From Dicyema japonicum (lineage: Eukaryota > Animalia > Dicyemida), in contig RDEW01000024.1 of the NCBI GenBank assembly GCA_011109175.1, positions 365,199 to 429,198 on the forward strand: DNA of 64,000 nt, in the 5' to 3' direction. Numbering within the stretch: the first letter of the stretch is position 1; the number at the start of each line of letters is the position of its first letter. A model generated the notes under the pieces. It made no database searches. It was given only the letters and a program-made list of their open reading frames with translations, and was not told the origin of the DNA. The position numbers and the translations under genes were made by a program. Shown here one piece after another: positions 25,980-37,995 of this stretch.

Positions 25980-26979
25980 TCTGTTAAAATTTGACTATTT
26001 TTCAATTGCGATCGATGAAACAGTCGACAATGTCGGAATTGCACAATTGGCAATCTTTTTTAGAGCCTGTGATTCAGATTTTAATATTTATGAAGAACTG
26101 GTGTAAAGACATCTTTGTAAAACTACTACAAAAGAAGCATGTATGTTTGTGCACACATGGTGCTCCGAATGTGGTTGGACGACATTCTGGTGTTGCTGCC
26201 AAATTTCTGAAATAGAAAAGTTAAATCTCGGGTCATCATTTGTATTATTCATCAGCAAAATTTGTGCTAAAATATTTAAAAATGGAAAATACGATTAGTT
26301 TGGCCACGAAGACAGTAATATTTCAGAGTCATGTCCTCAACCACCTGTAGTTTAGTAAACTGATGATATATATGAATAATCAGTTCAGCGACATTCCTTT
26401 TTATACTCAAGTCCGCTGGTTATCACTTTACAAAGTTGAGAAAAATTTTATTTGTTGAGACCGGAAATAATTTTATTTATGGAAATGAAGGCCAATACAC
26501 AGACGAAATGAAAACCAGATGAAAGCTTACAAATGGAATTATTGTAAATCCAATCAGATTCTATACTTAAAGCTAAATATTTGGAGGTTGGAATCCCTGC
26601 TTTCTTTTCATATCTTCATGGAAAGTTTAAAAACTATGAAGTTTGCGATAAAAATCATTGCTATGCCTGTGAACAGCTTCTTCAATTTATGAAATTGATA
26701 AAAACTGCTCAAAGAACAAGAATCACTTATGAAAATTTATCCATTTTAATAAAAGTCGGAACTTCACGAATACGTGAATATCAAAAATTGTATCCAAAAA
26801 AGATGTAAAGTAGCTTTCACCAAAATTGAAGGGTTGTGATTAAATAAATAAGTTTCTCTTATTTTTGGTTTTTCATTATAATAAATAATTCTTAGAAATA
26901 ATATATCAGAACCAATCTTCCCTTGATGAGAAAATATTATAAATGCGGCCCTTGAAGCGAAATGAGTTTGACACCCCTG
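25980..26979 (+). mobile_element. hAT transposon remnant (GTF2IRD2/SPIN-like) with intact 3' TIR
   Basis: FSIAIDET, CTHGAPNVVG, CIIHQQNLCAK and QVRWLS motifs. 3' TIR GAGTTTGACACCCCTG (reverse complement CAGGGGTGTCAAACTC) is followed by CTGTAGAC (nnnTAnnn). No 5' TIR found. Confidence 0.85.
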
Positions 26980-27169
26980 CTGTAGACATTTCTCTCCCAG
27001 CATGTCTCTCGTCGCTAATGACCTGTAAAACCCTTGTTTTGAGGATTCTACACTCCTCTCTGAATTCTGTCGTGAGGCCTGGAGCCATACCTATAAGTTT
27101 TCCCTACCTTTCATGTTCTTTCATGCTGTATCCCAGAATTTATTTGAAGATCTTTTGGTGTCATCAAAC

Positions 27170-27530
27170 CAATATCGCCATGCCTGTTTGTTTTCGGGGC
27201 GTCTTTCGAGAGCGATGCATGGCTCAACGCCATTCCCAATTAAGTTAGGGTACCTTTCTGGATGATGAATTCGTCCATATTGGGATCTCATTACGACTGT
27301 GATTATAAGTCTGTGTGCCGCATCCATGCCGATCCGGGGACCAGATCGATTGTTATGGCTTACATCATTTTCTGAAAAAAAAGTGCAGGCAAATCTTCCA
27401 GACACATAGCCTTGAACGAAGTCGTTTGGGACGTCAACTGCACCGACACGTTTGCCTCTAGAAACACGGTCATCCTTAATGATTTTTTGTTTGTTCCACT
27501 TGCCATTGAATAAAGTTTAGTTTGGTTGGA
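27170..27530 (+). mobile_element. CRE-clade fragment
   Basis: AWLNAIP..KLG...DDEFVHIGI.LR and VVWDVNCTDTFA motifs. Confidence 0.7.
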
Positions 27531-27719
27531 ATGGTGCCCCAAACCGAGGTCGTACTGTATAATAGCACTTTCGCGAAAATATTCGTAAATCTAAGGATGC
27601 CTGCATACAGAAATTATATAATGATGAATAATCGAACGCATTATTAAAGACCAAGCATTTCCAAGTATCAACAGGCAAATTAAATTTCGTATTTTACAAA
27701 AAACCAGAACCTTCATGAT

Positions 27720-28500
27720 GATCAAAAACAAAATTTATTTTAAAGATCCGAATGGAAATCACGAGCTTGTCATTTGAATGGACAATGACAATGAAATGGA
27801 AGATTTAATCTCAGCACTCCATAACCAGACTCATTTTTGAATGAATAAAATGGAGGATCTCTACAATAAACACTACTTCCACATTAAAAGAAGTGTTATC
27901 CGCAGAGTAATTAATTCCTGTGAATCTTTAAGTTTTCTATTCATTTAAAAGTTTGTTTTTTGGTAATATTTCAATAGATAAGAAAATGGAGCAGCTGCTT
28001 CGACCGCGGAAAACCTAAAAATCAAGAAATATTCTTGCCTCGGGGATCGCTACGATTTACTCCTGTTGCGACCGAATCATCAGGAGCCGTTGGTCCAATG
28101 ACGGCTGAATTCTTGCAAGAACTCGGAGGATTGCTTGCCAGAAAGAAAAGGGATCAAAGAGAAGGGTTATGGCTAAGACAAAAGATCAGAATAGCCATAC
28201 TCCGAGGGAACTCGTTCGCAATCCACGCAGCAGGCTTCCTCAACTGATATTTGTTTAATTGTTAAAAAAAATTAATTTAAAAAAAATAAAATTAAAAAAC
28301 AAATCTGGTTTTGAATTAATATCATATATTTAATTAAAGTTTCAATGGACTTAAAATGCATACTCTATTAATATGGGCCTTTTATGATGTTACAACCAGA
28401 AAATGGTACAGAATTTAAAAATGATGATATTCGGGCTCTTACTAAAGAATTTAATATTAGTATTTCCAGAAACGAGGATCCCAAAGAAATCCAATACGTT
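27720..28500 (+). mobile_element. Retroviral-type DDE integrase remnant (Ginger/KRBA2-like), interrupted by a CRE fragment
   Basis: LHNQTH...NKMEDLYNKHYFHIKRSVIRRVINSCE (H2C2-like) and LQPENGTEFKN (cf. LQSDNGxEF). Confidence 0.5.
27985..28250 (+). mobile_element. CRE-clade 3' end, nearly identical to 2811-3070
   Basis: Same RFTPVATESSG...ILRGNSFAIHAAGFLN* C-terminus and A-rich tail. Confidence 0.85.
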
Positions 28501-28689
28501 GATTAAATCTACAATATTATAACGTACAAATTACCTTTCGATTTTTTCTTGAATTCAGGGGCTTGTGATTTCCCTTGGACTATTTTATGGAATATTTTAT
28601 GGACAATTCCTCCATTGAGTAATTGTAAAATTATTTTTAGTCAACACACCGATAACATATATTGAGAAAGAGTCCACAACAACTAAAAT

Positions 28690-28950
28690 CTAGACTCAAG
28701 GACCTGCTCTGCAGCCGTCAAGGCGGAGAAGGCCAAACTCGAAAAATACGTCGACCTTTCCGATAGTGTCAAATTTGTTCCCCTTGATATGGAAACTTCC
28801 GGATCCTACTCCCCCACTGCGCTAGAGTTTTTCGGACGTCTTGGAAACCGGATCACCTTATGCATTGAAGATCTCTGAGAACGCCGCTGGCTGTTTGAGC
28901 GAATTTCGCTCGCAATTCTGAGAGGGCGGCAGCTAACTAGTGTTTTGTCC
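28690..28950 (+). mobile_element. CRE-clade 3' end (divergent subfamily)
   Basis: AAVKAEKAKLEKY, KFVPLDMETSG, FFGRLGNRI and WLFERISLAILRG motifs. Confidence 0.75.
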
Positions 28951-30403
28951 TATCAATTTAAAAAAAATTTTTTATTGACCTAAAAAATTAAATTTTGACT
29001 TTTTTAAACTTCATAACTTTTGATTAATATAATATTTTTGATTAAAAACTACTTTGCTATAAATTTTAAACAATTTTTAAGAAATAAATTTTGACTTTAT
29101 TGACAAAATCGCCTCAAATTTTCGATTGAATTGTAATGAGTGTTTTTTGGCATATGTTTAACAGAGCCACGCCACCAGCTCAACCAAACAATTACAATAC
29201 AATTTCAAAAATATATTTTTTAACAAATAAGCTAAAAAATTGGAAAGCTGTAAAAATGGTATCTATCTCTTCTTAAAAAAATATAATTTACTCATGCCAT
29301 TTTAGGCTGAACATGCCAAAAATTATCATCTATAAGCCGAACATTGAGGATTTCCATTAACTATGAGTCTTTGCATGTCAAGTAATTACATATTACTTGA
29401 TTTTTCTTATGTATGGAACTTTACAAGAAAGTATTATGTCTCATTTGCATTTTTTATAGTATTTCCTTCCTTATTGATGTACTGGTTTTTATGTGTTTTG
29501 ATGCATTGAATCCTTCTGCAATAAATTGGGTGAAAACACCGTACTAAATTCTTGATAGTGGAATAATGGTTTGAGAATCCTGAGTAGTTTATTTAATTAC
29601 AAGATTAGTTTGTGGCAGTTCAACTGTCGAATTTGACATACCAGCTTAAGGAATGCAATGGGACTGATTGAGATGTTATAGAAAACTCAGAGTTTGGACT
29701 TTATCGATTTTTAGTTGAACATCTGTTAATTGCCATGGCTTCAATTCAACATTCGCACATAGGCCTAGGCAGTCCTTGATAGTATACACTTTTTGGTGAT
29801 ATTGAAATTGCGATTCTTTTATTAAACATTATCACGTGACAGTAAATCAAATTCATAGGAATACCGTAAATAATGCAACAAATCAAATGTAAACCAAAAT
29901 TCTTTACGTGACTATTAATGGTCAATTACACGAAACTAATTTGTGCATCAAATGTCATTACAACTGATCACCAATGTAGGAACAGTATTAGATAATCCAT
30001 GACTCCAAACTTTACTATAATGCTGTTCATATAATTTCATAGAGTTATCTATGATTATGTCTTTGGGTGATGAATTGTGCCCTTTTACCTGAAAAGACTT
30101 CGAAAGTGGTTGGTCCCTTCACAGAAGAGTTTTATATGTGACTTTGGATAGATAAGTTATTAATTTTAACTCATTCAATCGGTAAATATCATTTAGAATG
30201 GTTCACCGGGTAAGTTATTCAGAAAATGTAATAATAATGGAATAATAATGGGATTTAAAACGGTTCACCGGGTAAGTTATTCAGAAAATGTAATAATAAT
30301 GGAATATACCAAATATTCTAAAGACTTGAAAATCACCAATAACTCTTTATTATAACCCAATGAATCCCTGTTAGTAGATTAGTAAGTTAATGAATTCAAG
30401 AAT

Positions 30404-31195
30404 TCAAAGTGGGGGACATTCTCCATTATTAACGCAGTACTGTTCGGCAAGTCTCTTCACGTCGATATCCTCATTCGTCCAATAAGCCTGAATTATTAAA
30501 CTAACTACTCTATATTGGAGTCCCTTGCTTTTATAGTAAATGCAATATTTACAGGAGGAATAATCACGTGACTTTAATTAAAATAGACTTTACATTGTGG
30601 TGGTTTACATTGCGATTGTTATGTGGTGGTCGTTCTAAATAAATAAAATCACTAATATATGCATTATGATTGTTTTGCCGATTATGCTCATCTTCAGTAC
30701 GATTTTTATTGGCATCATCATTGTGATGGTTTCTATTTTCGTTGTGCTCATTATGATGGCGATTGTCATGATGGTTTCGATCATGGTTTTGCTGATTGTT
30801 ATCCCTATTATGGCGATTGTCATGATGGTTTCGATCATGGTTGTGCTCATTGTTATCCCTATTATGGCGATTGTCATGATGGTTTCTTTCTTGGTTGTGC
30901 TCATTGCTATCCCTATTATGGCGATTGTCATGATGGTTTCTTCTTGGTTGTGCTCATTATCCCTATTATGGCGATTGTCATGATGGTTTCGTTCTTGGTT
31001 GTGCTCATTGTTATCCCTATTATGGCGATTGTTATGATGGTTTCGTTCTTGGTTGTGCTCATTGTTATCCCTATTATGGCGATTGTTATGATGGTTTCTG
31101 TGATGTCGATGATTATATGAGTTGGCGACGAACATCTCAGATAATAGTACAATTCCTTTAATTAGTAATTTTTAAAAACCAATTAATCCAATCAT
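30404..31195 (-). CDS. Putative secreted His/Asn-rich tandem-repeat protein; one 1-nt deletion in the array (pseudogene or assembly error)
   Basis: ATG at 31195 and a 24-nt intron 31179-31156 give a signal-peptide-like MIGLIGIVLLSEMFVANS in frame with RNHHNNRHNRDNNEHNQE repeats. After restoring one base near 30940 the frame stays open through a 22-nt intron 30593-30572 to a Cys-containing tail ending in TGA at 30404. Confidence 0.6.
30715..31100. repeat. 54-bp coding minisatellite, about 7 units
   Basis: Unit gttcttggttgtgctcattgttatccctattatggcgattgttatgatggtttc. Confidence 0.95.
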
Positions 31196-31314
31196 TTTAT
31201 GAATTACCGAATGTTTTTAACATTTTATTATGAATTTATGGTTAACCATCAAATATTATTTAATTTATTTTTAAAAAAATGACAATTATTTAACAGAAAA
31301 TCAAATGTTAGTTG

Positions 31315-31445
31315 AGGAAGCCGGCTGCGTGAATCGAGAACGAGTTCTTTTGTAGTATGGCCATTCAAATCTTTTGTCTTAACCATAACCCTTCTCGCTG
31401 ATACCTTTTCTTCCTGGCATGCATTCCACCGAGTTCGCGCAAAAA
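31315..31445 (-). mobile_element. CRE-clade extreme 3' fragment
   Basis: Similar to the 2811-2945 end (LWLRQKI...NSFSIHAAGFLN*). Confidence 0.8.
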
Positions 31446-31519
31446 CTCAGATTAATACTGATTTCCTTTAAATTCTTTAATTTCTCTTAATTTAACTACA
31501 CTACGAACATCCAAATAAT

Positions 31520-32900
31520 CTCCGCAACCAGAAAAGGGCCTTCAAACTAACTGAGAGATGGTATACAGGGGAAAATGTGTGGCTTGTCGAAGATCCTCAC
31601 CTTAACTCATGGCTCATTCAACGTACTCGGACTTAATGACGATGTAAATAACATCACTTATGGCAAAATCTACTTAAATATCTATAATAAAGCAGCAGTC
31701 AAATATGGATGAAAATTATACACTGTCCTCTGCCGATTTTTGCGGAGGTGCCGTCATCCCGTTCTGCTCATCGCTGGAAAAGTTGAATGCGAGAGTAGAA
31801 GGGCATAATCTGGTGCATTGGATTTCATGAAAGTAACTTTCTGGTAATTGGTTGAATTCTGAGGTGGAAATTATCTATATTCATGCAACATCAGATTCAT
31901 GAACCCAACAAGACACGTAACCACATGGGCTGGGAGAAGAAGAAATCAACACGGAGATCCGATAAATAGAAAATTTGGCTAGACAGGTCCGGCGGAGATC
32001 GTCTGAGAACCAGAAGGGATACGAGATTCAGATACGTCGATGGTTGTTCATTCAAAGACTTGATTGCAACGCCTATTAGCTGGGCAAGACCACAGAATAT
32101 CGTACTTGCTTAGGGATTCGGATCGGATTCTTTTTTTCCTCCAAATTTTTTAGGTTAACAACAAGCGTTTCTTGTCAGCAAAAAGTGTTTCATCACGTGG
32201 GTGACTTGCATAATATGGGGAAATGACCAAAATATAAATTTCCGATTGGTATGGTTATCCTTGGTCTTTCTTCAGCCACAAATATGTCACTTCCTGGTTA
32301 TTTGTCTTCACATGTTTAACTCCTTGAAAATCGCCGTTTGACGAAAGCCATATCCGAACCTTAGAGTGAGAAAAAGTTATTAAAGCTTCTTTAAATTTTC
32401 CGTAATGAGGTTTCGACTATATACCAATCCTTTGCGTGAGTCGCGTGTTTGACATGCCTGGTCTAAATTTTTTTGGAGGACGAGAATCTCAGCATCGGTA
32501 TTGATATTTTGCGAACCTAACATGTGTCGTTGTGAGGCGATTATTGACCGAAAAAAGTAATTTTTTGCGGAAAGAGCGCATAAGGGTCCCCAAGAATCAC
32601 CACTCTCAACAAGATTATCAAACGTGTCTTTTAGTTGCTAGGTTTTCGTTTTTGATTGAACACCAAGGGTGTAACTGCTGAGATGATAAGAAACCTGAAT
32701 GGAAACTATTTTTCAAGCTTGCATGGAAGATCTCTCGTCTTGGAGATGGCATGAGTTCATTGGCTCATTCAGTCTCCCCAAATGCACTCGGGGAATTTAA
32801 CAAAAATACCAAGGGTTTCATCGATAATAGAAATTTCAAGAAATTGAGATTCGTGATATGTAAAACTAATAAAACTAAATTCTATTAATAAAATGAAAGA
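31520..32900 (-). mobile_element. Probable Gypsy-type LTR retrotransposon pol remnant (RNase H to integrase)
   Basis: KFRPGMSNTRLTQR resembles the YRPG..N..AD.LSR RNase H end. The rest is heavily decayed. Confidence 0.4.
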
Positions 32901-33039
32901 AAATCATAAGGAATGATAAGAATTCGCCGTTGAAACGTTTGTTACAAGTGAAATAAGTCCGAAATAATTACAATATAATATATTCAGTTTTACGGAATCA
33001 TTCCTCATTTTAAGTACCTCAGTCGTAAACATGGAGTAC

Positions 33040-33358
33040 AGGACTTGTTCATTTTGACAAAGTTATTAAATTTTATGACAAAGTTTATTAATAATAATAA
33101 TAACAGCCTTTTTCATCACGGAGCCGTGGTATTAGCTCCGCATAGGCAGGACACACTTTATTTAAGTAAAGAACAGTTAATTTAACTAATCGTAGAACCA
33201 AGGAATGATCTTCACTTCTTTTTTTTTTTTCTTGTGTGAGTGTCCTTTCTAGACAATCCAGTTCCGCAGTGAGTATTCACTGATGACGGCGTCACTCGTC
33301 AAACCCTTTCCGCATCGTAGATGCGTGGAACCTTCACCAGGTAACTTGGAAAACCATG
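33040..33358. mobile_element. Isolated TIR end of the 13272-14866 Tc1 family, split by a SINE
   Basis: TTTTGACAAAGTTATTAAATTTTATGACAAAG lies left of the SINE and GGAAAACCATG|TA right of it (cf. GGAAAACCCTG|TA). Confidence 0.7.
33085..33343 (-). mobile_element. SINE, 5'-truncated copy (lacks tRNA head)
   Basis: Collinear with the 34337-34653 body and tail; (TTA)n end. Confidence 0.9.
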
Positions 33359-33499
33359 TATTAGTCTACATATATTTAAATTTAAAATTTTATAATAATA
33401 ATAAAAAAATTAAATTACATGATTTGTGGCTCGTTTTTTCTTCATCAACTAACCTGGACTAGTGGACCGAAAGTACTAAAGAAATTACTCCTTGCTAGC

Positions 33500-34750
33500 C
33501 AGGAGAAGAACATATGGATACAGTATCTAAATACAGATGACCAACACACAAAATCACAGAATGAGAAAATATTAAAACAAGAAACACCATACGTTTGAGA
33601 ACAAATAATAGCATAATCGACAGATTAAAGTAATCGAAAACTTTAAAGGACAACGGAATGTTCTAAATTAGAGGAAATGTACTGAATCAGCCAGTATCGT
33701 CGTTATGACGGAGTCTAATTTATTCTAATCGAACGATCACGGTAGCATTTGTACTGTTCCAGAAGGGAACGAACTTCAAGAGGAAAAAAACTTGAAGTTG
33801 GGAGAGGTGGTCATTCAGAAGGCTCACAAACCAAGGAATAAAGTAGAAAATTTCAAACCAGTTATACTGAAACTATGGGCAAATATAATCACAGAGAGTG
33901 GAGAGTCGCTAGACTTTTATAGTCAACACACCATAACGACTTTCGTAAGGGCAGATCGACCTCGGATGTTGTGTGGAGCTACAAGTGGAAGTGAGGAATG
34001 TTCCAAAGGTTACGAAAATTCTTGGTGTTGACATGTAAAAGGCATTTGATTCGGTAAATCGGCGGAAATTGTAAAGTCATTGAAGGTTTCCTTGATAGTT
34101 TCACAATCAGGCTAATTAAGAAACTCGTAACGGACACGTAGCTGAATTTTATTATCAGGGGAACCTCCTCAAGATGATTAGAGACAACGGTGGGCGCCCC
34201 TAAAGAGATCCCCTATTTTGTTTGTCATCTACCTCGAGGCAGCCCTTCAGGACCTGGAGCCACTCCTTGAAGGTGGAACGAGCACAATAGCATACACAGA
34301 TGTGGTGAACTTAATTTCAAATAAAACATTTACTGCCGGGTGGCATAGTGGTTAGGTGTCGGGCTAAAGTGACTTAGGTTACGCGTTCGATTCTCGCTGC
34401 TGTTCACCTGGTGGAAAGTTCCACGCATCTACGATGCCAAAAGGCTTTGACGAGTGAGGCCGTCATCAGTGGATACTCACTGCGGAACTGGATTGTCTAG
34501 AAAGGACCCACACACATGAAAATGAAGTGAAGATCATTCCTTGGTTCTACAATTAGTTAAAATTAACTGTTCTTTACTTAAATAAAGTGTGTGTCCTGCC
34601 TATGCGGAGCTATAAATATTATGGCTCTCGTGAAAAAGCTGTTATTATTATTATTACTGCTTTATTTGAGGAAATAGCGTGAGAGCTTGCTGAATGGTTC
34701 TTATCTGTAAACCTCGGATAAAACCGACAGAGGAGTATTGACACAAAATC
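33500..34750 (+). mobile_element. Decayed RTE RT region, interrupted by a SINE
   Basis: FRKGRSTSDVVW, LFVIYLEAAL and AYTDVVNLIS before the SINE; AEWFLSVN after it. Confidence 0.7.
34337..34653 (+). mobile_element. Full-length tRNA-derived SINE (~317 bp)
   Basis: A box TGGCATAGTGG, B box GTTCGATTC, hairpin-rich core, RTE-like 3' tail and (TTA)n. TSD TTACTGC at 34330-34336 and 34654-34660. Confidence 0.92.
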
Positions 34751-34867
34751 GACAAGTCTTGCTCCCTTCTGGTGGCTATTTTGGACTATTTTCTTAGAGT
34801 TTCCGTATCAACCAAGGACAACCCTGTTGACCATACTTATAGAAATAACTTAGAATATTTAAATATA

Positions 34868-36354
34868 CAGAAAACCCTCATTAATCCGAACTAAAAAAAT
34901 TTGGATGTCTATCGGATTGTGAAGGGAACAAATATATTAATTTCATTGTAGTTATATTATGTTTTCACATATAATAATAATTTCTCCATTTTAGCTTCAA
35001 TAATTTCCTCGTCGACATTATCATCTTCACAAAGAATTACGATTTGGTTCTCGTCGAACACTTCTGTTTGAGTTATTTCTTATTCATCAGCATGTTCAGT
35101 TCGTTCGGTACTCATTTAAAACAGGATCTTGCATTATATCTTCATTAGCAAATTAATAAAGACATTTAATTGCCTCAGTCTTTTTAAAACAATTTTTATG
35201 TCTTCTTTTACTTTGTGTGAGATTCAATGATGGCTTTCCGTAAATTCACAAAAAATCTTTTTCCAAATCAAGGGTAAATAATCCAAAATAAACCTTTTTC
35301 TCTAATAATGCTTAAAGTTCTTGATTATGCCTGCATCCACGGTTGAAGATGTGCAGTTGTGTTTTTTGGAAGAATAAATTTCAATTTTCAAAAAATTTCG
35401 TTAAAGCGTGGAACATTGTCAATCAGTAAAAAGAACTTTTTTCTGTACATTTTAATTCATCACTGTGATGACTGATGAAAACATAAAAAATTTGTTGTCA
35501 TTCAAATAATTACAATTTTCAAAGTCAAAATCTTTTAAAAATCTTGGTCTTTTATTATGACGAATAAAAAGGATTAATTTTTATTGTTCCAGTTTCATTA
35601 GCACAAAGAGCTATAGTAATCCTCACTTTTGATTGCTTTATGCCATTTCTATCTTTAGATGAAATTGTTTTAAAAGGGTAAGATTGAAAAAAAGTCTAGT
35701 TTCATCCATTTTAGCAATACGCCAGGTTTTCTAACTAACTATATTTGTATTCTAATTAACTTCATTTTGTGTTAATCTATTAACTAGCTCAACCATGAAA
35801 AACTTTTAGTTTAAGATAAAATCTTCCTTTAAGTCTGTGTAGCCTTTACTAACTTCAAACTTATTGATTCCAAGCTTTTCACGAAATACTTTAGATTATT
35901 AAATGATGATATCTTCAATAATAAAAATTTATTAATTTCATCCATTCAACAAGTGAATTGATGATGTTTACCAATTGGCTCTTTACTTGTTAATCGTAGT
36001 TTCACAGTTTTCCAACTTTCATGAGATTTTAAAATTTCTAAAAATATAGAAATTGTCAAATAAGGGTTTATTTTTATTTCACAAATATGGGATAATTATG
36101 AGAGTCATATTTGATGTATTTTATTTTTTTTATTACTTTTTTCTAACAATTTGTACTGTTAGATTTAAATAAATTCACCTGAATCCATGATAAAAACAAA
36201 ATAAATCAATCCGAAATTTTTAATAAATGTCTTTCGGATTGCGGATTATGAAGTTTCGGTTTATTGAAACCTGTTTGTAAGAAAACTTTATAAAATTTTG
36301 CTAACTCATCAAAAAATTCGGATTAATGAAGTTCGGATTAATGAGGGTTTACTG
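34868..36354 (-). mobile_element. pogo/Tigger-like DNA transposon with both TIRs, transposase decayed
   Basis: TIR CAG(A/T)AAACCCTCATTAATCCGAAC at both ends, flanked by TA. Motifs MDETRLFF, RITIALCAN, LLIDNV and LPKNTTAHLQP. Confidence 0.92.
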
Positions 36355-36576
36355 TATTAATAATTGGATCGTTTATCGCAAAGAGGAAAAAGGATGACAG
36401 ACGGAGATAGAATTTCTTACAAATCGTATGGAAATGCGTTTTCGATAAAGGGGCAGCCTTGACTTAAAAAAACATATAGTGGTTGTTAACTATTTGTGTT
36501 TTATCATTTTAATTTAATTCACCAAATATATTAATAAAATAATTTAAAATATAACCAAAATCTTTAAAATTTAATA

Positions 36577-37667
36577 TTAGCATTTTAAAAATTTAATATA
36601 TGAATAGCGAATATATTTCTTGGAATCGAATGTTTTATCGCGAATTTCTTTCAGATTCAAATCCTAAATATTATCCTTAAAATTTACGTCAAAAAAAGGA
36701 TGATTCGGTACATCACTATCATTCGAATATCCAAGTCGATCCTTTTTACATTTAATGAGCAACTGAGATGTAATAACTTCAAACCTTTAATATTAAATCC
36801 TTGCAGTCTTCGTTCACAATCCCCGTTAAGTTCGGTTCAAGTCGTTGGATATCTTGTAAAACTTCATTCTTTGTATTCTTAAAGAAAGGAAGCTAAATTT
36901 GATAAAAAATATACTTTGTTGAAATACATGGTATATATGATTATACCAAGGCACCACCAATCCGTACTGTGGCAACATTCTTTATGGGTTATTTGTTCGG
37001 GGGAAAAAGTAGTACAATGATCCAATCAGTGAGGGACAATTTGTCTTGGGAGGAACATTCACTTCACTTAAACCGAAATCAGTGATCTTCACATAGCCAT
37101 CTGACCCCAACAATAAATTTTCTAACTTAAGGTCCCTAAAGTACATGACTATAAATACCCGTGAATGATGTCGTTATTATGAAGAAACTCTACTCCAAGG
37201 CTACACAAGCGGAGTAAAACTTTATTTGTCTTAAAGTAAAGGGTTTTTTCTTTAGTAATTTTACCAAATTCTCCAACTCAATGTATTCCAAAACATAACA
37301 AATATAAGACTAATATTATGCCCGAATAAACCTCATCATAATAATATGAATTTATGTGAACGAATAGGTGATGATTTACCTTTGTCACCAAATCGAAGAC
37401 TTTCAGTTCGCTTATTATTCGATTACAGTCTCGTAGAGATGAGAGATTTTGGCGTTTTATAGCAAAATTTTCATGATTTTTGTTTTCGTATAAATCAACC
37501 TATTTATCATTTAAACTAAACTACTGTTCCAAAACTCCCCTGCGCGATTTTTATCAGATTGAATTCCGTCACATCGGATCTAATTGTCACAATTGAATAT
37601 ACATTTTTACATCAAAATTTTGTAAACTCAACGTTATTTTTAATTCTTCAACATTTATGCTTGTCAT
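36577..37667 (-). pseudogene. Divergent PKN-like AGC kinase pseudogene with 7 micro-introns
   Basis: Seven 22-25 nt GT-AG introns at the same positions as in 46633-47778. Motifs AQGSFG, FAIK, FYSACVA, HGDLKLENLLL and DFG. Two frameshifts (~37200 and ~37003). Confidence 0.88.
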
Positions 37668-37884
37668 TAAATATTAGATTGCATTTTGTTTTTATAATTA
37701 CAGCGTTATTTTTCATTAGAAATTATTGTTTAGTAATGACTTATTTTTCTATCTATTTTATTTCATTTTAGAATTTGCTAATTATTTTTTAATTTAACAA
37801 AAATATAAAATATGCTATTTATTATTGGTAAAAAATTAATTAACAATAAAATATTATTTGGAGAGCGACTGCTGACATTACTGA

Positions 37885-37995
37885 GTAAGCGTTTCCGCGG
37901 GCAACTGCGATCCCAATTAGTTGCCTCAGCCAGACCGCTTCCCGCACGTCTTTCTTGTGGTGGCCCAATTTCCTCCCGATTTCCTTCAGGAAAGA
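37885..37995 (-). mobile_element. CRE-clade 3' fragment
   Basis: Similar to 6385-6480 (AVWLRQLIGIA). Confidence 0.65.

Noticed and set aside
30659-31120. Plus-strand Cys/His-rich and hydrophobic repeat ORFs (153 aa, 105 aa)
   Set aside because: Antisense shadows of the 54-bp array. Only the minus-strand His/Asn frame links to an ATG, intron and signal peptide.
33255-33310. Hammerhead ribozyme on the antisense strand of the SINE core (CTGATGA present)
   Set aside because: No GAAA after stem II and no NUH cleavage triplet in the right place.
34337-34410. Functional tRNA gene
   Set aside because: A and B boxes are present, but the acceptor and anticodon stems do not pair, and it is the head of a TSD-flanked SINE.
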